Source of the DNA: Nitrososphaeria archaeon
Lineage (GTDB): Archaea > Thermoproteota > Nitrososphaeria > JACIWG01
Length of the DNA: 12,705 nucleotides
NCBI GenBank assembly: GCA_050011875.1
Contig: JBEKIG010000032.1
Span: forward strand, 1 to 12,705
Direction of reading: 5' to 3'
The notes beneath the pieces were generated by a model, which saw only the letters and a program-made list of their open reading frames with translations, did not search any database and was not told where the DNA came from. Shown piece by piece: positions 7,491 to 12,705 of the stretch. The translations under genes and the position numbers were made by a program. Within the stretch, counting starts at the first letter, position 1; the number at the start of each line of letters is the position of its first letter.

Positions 7491-8011
7491 ACTGCCTCCA
7501 CTGATGTTTCGCTGAAATGCTGAAAAATCACGTCAACATATCCCCACATTTGTTTCCAGTCAGGAGTACGTCCATTGCAAACACAGGTTTTTAGATATTC
7601 TCTTGTGTTCACCCACTGTTGCCAATCAAAGTTAATCCTTTGTTTCGCCAGATGTTCAGCAGCATTAACATATCCACGCCCCCCATTATACGAGGCTAGA
7701 GCGAATTTAAGGCGTTCCGTACAATCTGGAATTTCCGGGAAATGAGCATATTGTTCAGCAAGGTAAGCCACCCCCACATTCACATTTTCGGCGGGATCGA
7801 ACGGGTTTGCAATCTCAAACTCCCCAGGCATAAGCTGCATCAACCCTTGAGCACCGCAGGGTGATTTCGCGTTAGGGTTAAACCGACTCTCTTGCCAGAC
7901 TTGAGCTTTTATATACAGCCATGCGTCAGCCCCGAGATCAGTTAGCAGCGCCGGGAAATGTTTAGCTATGGCATCTTTTATAATTTCGTCATACTGAGTC
8001 GTGTCGCTCAT
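7487..8011 (-). CDS. SLT-family lytic transglycosylase (endolysin)
   Basis: QVWQESRFNPNAKS (catalytic Glu), GAQGLMQLMP, ALASYNGG. Start revised to ATG 8011 (MSDTTQYD, SD AAGGA), 174 aa, no signal peptide. Confidence 0.93.
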   Translation of the reverse strand: MSDTTQYDEIIKDAIAKHFPALLTDLGADAWLYIKAQVWQESRFNPNAKSPCGAQGLMQLMPGEFEIANPFDPAENVNVGVAYLAEQYAHFPEIPDCTERLKFALASYNGGRGYVNAAEHLAKQRINFDWQQWVNTREYLKTCVCNGRTPDWKQMWGYVDVIFQHFSETSVEAV

Positions 8012-8141
8012 TTTCTTTGTCCTTTTTATCGAGATAAACAGCGTAAATATCACAGTGGATATATCCACAGTGACAAACTCTATCACGGTTCTGAATAGGA
8101 CACCAGAAGGTGACTATTTTATCAGCCTTTAAAACGGCCAT
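7989..8141 (-). CDS. 50-aa Cys/His-rich microprotein
   Basis: ATG 8141-8139 forms a TAATG overlap with the upstream stop and the ORF fills the gap to the endolysin; contains C-x8-CHC-x3-HC. Confidence 0.6.
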   Translation of the reverse strand: MAVLKADKIVTFWCPIQNRDRVCHCGYIHCDIYAVYLDKKDKENERHDSV

Positions 8142-8635
8142 TACTTCGTCATGTCTTTGAACTGTTGAGCTATCCATAGAAAGAAATGATACTTATCAGA
8201 CAGCCAGAAAAGAGCCAGAAAAGAAAGAATATCCCAAGGATGATAGGAATAGAAAGCTGAATCTTCTCCAAAACTGTCCATATGTATGTTTTGTCTTTTT
8301 TCGACCTTAGCCCCTATTTCCTCTTTAGCCTTTTTTGAACCTTCCCATTCGCCCTTTTTTATTTCAAGATTCATAACCCGCGCATCTATACCCCTGATTT
8401 GGTTAAACGCCGTATCAATATGTGCATCATGAGTATCAAGATGTTTTTCATGACTGTCTACTTGAGCACCACGGGCCGCAAGCGTTTCAAGAGCTACAGC
8501 CACCCGCTGATTACTCTCTTTCAGATCGAACAGTAATTCACTTTGAACTTTTATAATAGGCGCTTGAGGACACTCCGCTAGTAAGTGCGCCCGTCTCTCT
8601 TCGTTTTTTCGCCGTTCTGTGATAGCAGCTACCAT
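8141..8635 (-). CDS. Coiled-coil protein with C-terminal hydrophobic region, holin/XhlA-like; TM segment apparently altered by paired frameshifts
   Basis: TAATG coupling at both ends; heptad-like HEKHLDTHDAHIDTAFNQIRGIDARVMNLE; hydrophobic C-terminus; position upstream of the endolysin. Confidence 0.7.
   Translation of the reverse strand: MVAAITERRKNEERRAHLLAECPQAPIIKVQSELLFDLKESNQRVAVALETLAARGAQVDSHEKHLDTHDAHIDTAFNQIRGIDARVMNLEIKKGEWEGSKKAKEEIGAKVEKRQNIHMDSFGEDSAFYSYHPWDILSFLALFWLSDKYHFFLWIAQQFKDMTK
8202..8223 (+). repeat. Perfect 11-bp tandem duplication (AGCCAGAAAAG x2)
   Basis: Read directly: 8202-8212 and 8213-8223 are identical. Confidence 0.95.
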
Positions 8636-9063
8636 TACCGTACAGCCTCACCCCATGACCCGCCAGAGGGCAAGAGTAGGTAATTTGTCAGGCTCCCATC
8701 ATGGTTGTATTTTGTGGCTTGATCGACCTGGATAACATAATAGACAGCATTAGTGAGATTCACTGTCAATTTCTTACCGAGATAATAACCAGAAGTAGAA
8801 TCACAGACAAGAGCTTGCAGATAATTATTCCATGCTTGTGCAAGGCCGCTATTCATGACACATATTCTGACATTCGGAGTTGTAGTAAGAGCAGAAGTAG
8901 ACTGTTGGAAAACAAGAGTGGCGGGAGCAGGAGAAGCTTCAGCATTATTGACAGGTCCAATAACAATAATTCCCCCTCCACCACCAATCCCTATATTGCA
9001 ATAGGCAAGAGGGGTTAAAAACCAAAAACAAAGGAATATTGCGGATAGAAATAGTTTTCTCAT
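8635..9063 (-). CDS. 142-aa secreted protein of unknown function
   Basis: Start revised to ATG 9063 with SD AGGAG; signal-peptide-like MRKLFLSAIFLCFWFLTPLAYC, then a Gly tract and a beta-rich body. Confidence 0.8.
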   Translation of the reverse strand: MRKLFLSAIFLCFWFLTPLAYCNIGIGGGGGIIVIGPVNNAEASPAPATLVFQQSTSALTTTPNVRICVMNSGLAQAWNNYLQALVCDSTSGYYLGKKLTVNLTNAVYYVIQVDQATKYNHDGSLTNYLLLPSGGSWGEAVR

Positions 9064-9064
9064 C

Positions 9065-9280
9065 TTAACTCTCCTTTTTCTTCGGTTCAAGTTTGACGCC
9101 CTTAATTCCCATTGCGTAAAGATGTTTACCAACGGAAGGAGCGTTTATGAGCTTATTAAAAGCGTCTTTACTGACCCCGCTATATTCGTAAGTTCTGCCA
9201 TCCTTGAAAGTTACTTGAAGAGTATTGCCTTCATGACCAACCGATAAAATATTACTGGAATTAACCGAAATATGTTCCAT
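9065..9280 (-). CDS. KTSC domain protein
   Basis: VNSSNILSVGH...TLQVTFKDGRTYEYSGVS..AFNKLINAPSVGKHL matches the KTSC consensus; SD AGGAGG. Confidence 0.93.
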   Translation of the reverse strand: MEHISVNSSNILSVGHEGNTLQVTFKDGRTYEYSGVSKDAFNKLINAPSVGKHLYAMGIKGVKLEPKKKES

Positions 9281-9297
9281 AGTGCAGCCTCCTGTGT

Positions 9298-9326
9298 TTT
9301 ATACTCCCGATTTGGATAATAGTCAA
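9298..9326 (-). promoter_or_regulatory. Predicted sigma70-type promoter upstream of KTSC
   Basis: - strand TTGACT (9326-9321), 17-nt spacer, TATAAA (9303-9298), filling the 46-nt intergenic gap ahead of the AGGAGG RBS. Confidence 0.65.
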
Positions 9327-10613
9327 TCAGAACCCACCAAGCCCCCACTTCTCAGCTTCCTTCAAACTCTTATTACACTTCACAAACACCTGATCGTCAT
9401 AATCGAGCCGTGGACAATCAATCTGCCTTGCCACATCCAGAGCCATTTCCTGTGATTCTTCTTTAGTTTTACCCCACCCACAGGCAGCACCAACCATAGT
9501 CCCGCCGTCCATATCGAGGCACCATATCTGACCCGTCTTATCTTTCCAGGCATTGCGGAGCGCCACATACTTTGAAACCTTATCCGGGAATGAAACAGGG
9601 ACATGGTTATCGGTGAGCACATCCGAATGAAGGATTATTTCAGATACATATTCAGCGTACCATTCCGGCTTAACCCGCTCTCCGTTTGCCATTCCCCACA
9701 TAACATGGCTGAAATTCTTGCAGTTTCGTATATTAACTTCACTTGAGGGAGTGCCAGCCCTACCACAATAATCAATAGGGTGTGCAATGAGGTCTTTTCC
9801 TATACGGCTTTCCATAGAAGATAGGCCACTTGCACCACGTTTTTTAAGGAAAGGGATTAATTTCTGATCGACAATTCTCATTGGCTCTGGCATCTTACTG
9901 AAAGCTCTTACTTGACCGGAGTAACCACGCCCTTTTACTTCCCATCCGTAGACGCCAGAATCAAGAGGCTCCCCAAGGCAAAGGAACTGATCACTTCCCG
10001 GCTCGATACCTTCTTGCGCCCTTTCTATCATAAACCACATTTCAGGAGCATAACTGGCAAGTTTGAAGCCGATCTTGTAAAGGTGCGGCATGGCCTTATT
10101 GAGCGTCGTAAATTTGAATGTTTCTGTGACTGCTCTGAAACCGCTGATCTTGATAAAGCCCTCTTCACCCTTTGATTCCATAAGTTCAAGACACTTTAAA
10201 AGATTTTTCCACCCTTGCACCATCTCATAAGGCAGAACAGGAAGCCCCACCTTTTTGAGTATTTTCTTCATAAATTCACGGTCGTATTCCAGAATATCAG
10301 CAGAGGCCGTGCTTACAACTTTAAATCCCTGATCTCGTAAATCTTGAGCATCAGAGCCATCCCCCGCATCCGGGAAAACTATGAATCCCCCACTCTCTTT
10401 GATTTCAGCCTTATGCTCTGCAAACTCTTCCACACGGGTTATATCACTCATCCGAGTGCCGACAATGGCCTTCTTGTAATCAGGAAAGCCGGACTTCCAA
10501 GGGCAATAATAGAGCACTTCCTTAAAATCCGGCCTCATCCGTTCAGCCATGTGGTGAAAAAGGCCGTGATCGTAAAAGCCTATCGTCATTTTCGAAAGGT
10601 CAGGAAGGCTCAT
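9327..10613 (-). CDS. Divergent PurD-like ATP-grasp ligase, substrate unknown
   Basis: LEYDREFMKKILKKVGLP, GFIKISG, FMIERAQEGIE and IDYCGRAGTPS align by eye with PurD LEGSKAFAKxFMxxxGIP, VIKADG, VIEEFLxGxE and EFNxRFGDPE. The GxNTGGMG signature is absent. Confidence 0.8.
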   Translation of the reverse strand: MSLPDLSKMTIGFYDHGLFHHMAERMRPDFKEVLYYCPWKSGFPDYKKAIVGTRMSDITRVEEFAEHKAEIKESGGFIVFPDAGDGSDAQDLRDQGFKVVSTASADILEYDREFMKKILKKVGLPVLPYEMVQGWKNLLKCLELMESKGEEGFIKISGFRAVTETFKFTTLNKAMPHLYKIGFKLASYAPEMWFMIERAQEGIEPGSDQFLCLGEPLDSGVYGWEVKGRGYSGQVRAFSKMPEPMRIVDQKLIPFLKKRGASGLSSMESRIGKDLIAHPIDYCGRAGTPSSEVNIRNCKNFSHVMWGMANGERVKPEWYAEYVSEIILHSDVLTDNHVPVSFPDKVSKYVALRNAWKDKTGQIWCLDMDGGTMVGAACGWGKTKEESQEMALDVARQIDCPRLDYDDQVFVKCNKSLKEAEKWGLGGF

Positions 10614-12705
10614 AGTTCCTCTTCAATCATTTTATCTTTCCTGGATTTGCGCGGAGTCACTTTGGGCGTTTCCGTGGCTTTTCCCGATTGTTTATCATTT
10701 ATTAAATCCCTTGAACGAAGTTCATTAATGCCTCTCTCCTGGAGGCTCTTATAGACCGCTGGCTTTGATTTTTCCAGCCAATCCATAGCCTGATCTCTTG
10801 TCAGAAATTTACCTTGTGGAGTGACAAACCCATACTCGTTATTCGTTGCTTTCCGGCCTAGAGTATACCTGTCAATAATATCAATGTGCTCATCCCCTGC
10901 TTTGCCTTTATACAACTTGCCGTTCTTTTTAACAGCCGGGACAAGGGTTAGAGGTCTGCTATTCCCTTTTTCGGCTTCTTGTTTGCCGGGTTGTGCTTTG
11001 CTGCCTGAGACAGAAGTTTCGTTCCTTTGTCCGATGCCGCGAAGTCTTTCCCGACTGACTGAGGAACCCCCACTCTCTTTGCTGCCGCTTTGTTGTGCGC
11101 TACCATTTGCATGAATCTTGCCTGTTTCTCGCTTACTGAGGGCATTTGTTTTCTCCTTTCTGACCATTCCACCTTCTTTAAAACCAATATTGACCCCTGA
11201 ATTATTTGGAGGCGTAGGATTCCCCGCCATTTGTTTAAGCCGAGCCGTCTCCTGATCGAACCATTGCTTCCCGAGAGAATGAGCATCCAATTCTGTCAAA
11301 TTAGGGTCTGGATTTAATTCTCTGCCTTTTGAAATTATCGCATCAACCGGTGTGATATATTCACCCGGTTCAGTAGGGGTTTCCGTCACATCTCCTTGAC
11401 CGGGGATCACTCGACCAGGGATTTGACCACCATCCACCATCCCTCCAGGAGCAGGAGCCGTTGCCTGTTCGCCGCCAACCGCCGCAGCTTTCGGGACTAG
11501 GCTGTAAATCTCATTGACGATCCGAGCCATAGCACGGCCTTGAGGGTTATACTTTGATGCAGCCATAGCCAGCCGCTTGCCAATAGTGGTAGTAGTCAGG
11601 AGTTTAACCGCACCCGTAACAATAGCAGCCACACCAGCAGTTTTGAGAGCACCCGTCATGTGAGCAACCTGATAGGCTGTCCCTCCCATGCCTAGCCCGA
11701 GAGCAGCCGGACCCCATCTATTTGCCGTAGGCTGATTTTCCATAAACTGACCGGAACGCTTTACAACTTGCATGATATTTGCGAGTCCCGTCATTTCATT
11801 AATTTCAGCAGCAGTAAATTGTTTTGTATATTTGTTTTTACCAACCAGTTTCCCAAGTTCAGTTGAAAACTTTTGAGGGCTAAAAAAGGTATTTTCACCA
11901 ACATCCTTAACCACTTTATCGTAAGCACGGCTGAGAATGTCATGTTTCACTACAAATGTTTTATAAGCATCATTCGCGGCCTTGAATTGGCTTGATATTT
12001 CAGGTTTGCCGATCTGAGTAGCCCAACCATCAATATCATTGGAAACAGCACCAAAAAGGGACTTGAGTTGAGAATATGCAGTATTATCAATTTCCCCCCG
12101 TTGTTTCATCAGCCGAGCTTGACCGATCTTCTCACCAAGTCCTTGACGGAGCGTCCACATTTCGTCAAAAGATAAAGTTTTTGGCGTCGTTGCTGCCGTG
12201 CTTGTGGCACCAAATAAACCACCTGTATTCTTAACCGGCGCAGTTCCCTTAACAATATCATTCAGTAAACCTTCTGTTTTTACATCTTGGAATCTTTTAA
12301 AAATGTCAGGATACCGGGAAAGTAAATCTTGCGCTATTTCCCGTGTCTCAGTAGGAGCTATGGCCTGATTAGGAACTTGTGATACCAGCCCTTTGACCTT
12401 TTCAAATAAGTTACTTGCAAATTCACGGTTGCCCTGTTCTATGTCAGGCGCAGCCGGGTCTGCAATGTATTTACCAAGGAAATCTTTTGCGGCATTATGA
12501 GCGGCTTCTTGCTGTTCAGCCCTGAATCCTTTACTCCCAAAGAAACTAGGCGCACGTTCAAGCATGACATCAGTTCGGCTCGGTCCACCTTTTGTCTCTT
12601 CTGCCAGGGTGAGAGGAATTTTATACTGTTCACTTAAATCAGTAAGCCCTGTCCTTTCAACTTTCCCTGTTAAGGCATTTATCACTCGGCCAGCACCGGA
12701 CACCA
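10610..12705 (-). CDS. Large multi-domain protein, 5'-truncated by the window; probable internal virion/DNA-ejection protein
   Basis: Frame open to the window edge; long helical region, Gly/Ala hydrophobic hairpin (WGPAALGLGMGG...AGVAAIVTGAV), GGMV...PGQGD...PGEYITPVDAI segment, then a separate-looking C-terminal domain (GFVTPQGKFLTRDQA). Function is inferred from architecture only. Confidence 0.65.
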   Translation of the reverse strand, partial: VSGAGRVINALTGKVERTGLTDLSEQYKIPLTLAEETKGGPSRTDVMLERAPSFFGSKGFRAEQQEAAHNAAKDFLGKYIADPAAPDIEQGNREFASNLFEKVKGLVSQVPNQAIAPTETREIAQDLLSRYPDIFKRFQDVKTEGLLNDIVKGTAPVKNTGGLFGATSTAATTPKTLSFDEMWTLRQGLGEKIGQARLMKQRGEIDNTAYSQLKSLFGAVSNDIDGWATQIGKPEISSQFKAANDAYKTFVVKHDILSRAYDKVVKDVGENTFFSPQKFSTELGKLVGKNKYTKQFTAAEINEMTGLANIMQVVKRSGQFMENQPTANRWGPAALGLGMGGTAYQVAHMTGALKTAGVAAIVTGAVKLLTTTTIGKRLAMAASKYNPQGRAMARIVNEIYSLVPKAAAVGGEQATAPAPGGMVDGGQIPGRVIPGQGDVTETPTEPGEYITPVDAIISKGRELNPDPNLTELDAHSLGKQWFDQETARLKQMAGNPTPPNNSGVNIGFKEGGMVRKEKTNALSKRETGKIHANGSAQQSGSKESGGSSVSRERLRGIGQRNETSVSGSKAQPGKQEAEKGNSRPLTLVPAVKKNGKLYKGKAGDEHIDIIDRYTLGRKATNNEYGFVTPQGKFLTRDQAMDWLEKSKPAVYKSLQERGINELRSRDLINDKQSGKATETPKVTPRKSRKDKMIEEEL
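10948..11145 (-). CDS. 65-aa basic protein nested out of frame inside the large ORF
   Basis: RBS GAAAGGAGAAAACAA-ATG (shares GAAAGGAGAAAA with the 3016 gene RBS). MPSVSEKQARFMQMVAHNKAAAKRVGVPQSVGKDFAASDKG resembles, from recall, a widespread small phage protein family (MPSxSxKQxxFMxxxAH...VGVPQSVGKDF). Confidence 0.78.
   Translation of the reverse strand: MPSVSEKQARFMQMVAHNKAAAKRVGVPQSVGKDFAASDKGTKLLSQAAKHNPANKKPKKGIADL

Larger units (their letters stand above)
1..12705. mobile_element. Segment of a tailed phage or prophage genome (replication arm convergent with late/lysis arm)
   Basis: Dense, tightly coupled ORFs (ATGA and TAATG overlaps), helicase plus CHC2 protein, SLT endolysin next to holin-like genes, KTSC and many small unknowns, no clear housekeeping genes. 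No integrase, att site, terminase or capsid gene in the window, so phage vs prophage is unresolved. Confidence 0.88.

Noticed and set aside
8012-8086. Hydrophobic N-terminal extension suggesting a SAR/signal endolysin
   Set aside because: ATG 8011 has an SD and the extension lies within the coupled 50-aa gene; the longer start cannot be fully excluded.
9064-9132. N-terminal extension of the secreted protein in the ORF track
   Set aside because: Overlaps the KTSC gene; ATG 9063 has AGGAG and begins the signal peptide.
9327-10613. Calling the gene purD (auxiliary purine metabolism)
   Set aside because: GAR-synthetase signature motifs are absent and the context is late/structural, so no symbol was assigned.
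11146-11286. Upstream 47 codons of the 112-aa track ORF
   Set aside because: Non-protein-like and lacks an RBS; the strong RBS is at ATG 11145.
1-12705. CRISPR array, tRNA/rRNA, IS element, DGR repeats or stop-codon recoding
   Set aside because: No such repeats or RNA genes were seen by eye, and genes tile the window densely in the standard code with all three stops used.

Overview
The window looks like part of a tailed dsDNA phage or prophage genome with two convergent arms. The + arm (1-3656) carries replication/early-type genes: an SF2 DExH helicase with a C-terminal Zn ribbon, a stand-alone DnaG-type CHC2 zinc-finger protein, a probable RHH regulator and small unknowns. The last two genes have their own sigma70-like promoter, and the arm ends at a bidirectional terminator (3688-3718). 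The - arm, read from 12705 down to 3720, holds the 3' part of a large probable internal virion protein and a translationally coupled PurD-like ATP-grasp enzyme lacking the GAR-synthetase signature. Behind a sigma70-like promoter follow a KTSC protein and an extended lysis/envelope cassette: a secreted protein, a holin-like coiled-coil/TM protein, a Cys/His microprotein, an SLT endolysin, secreted beta-helix and FN3 proteins, a lipoprotein, a 2-TM protein, a PASTA protein and a permuted papain-like hydrolase. Most notable: (1) a 65-aa gene with a strong RBS nested out of frame inside the large ORF, ending at a -1 slippery heptamer that leads into the large ORF's last domain; (2) the divergent ATP-grasp ligase coupled to that locus; (3) an apparent compensating +1/+11 frameshift pair replacing the holin-like protein's TM helix; (4) four export-signal proteins interleaved with the lysis genes. 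All family calls come from motif recognition by eye; no searches were run.
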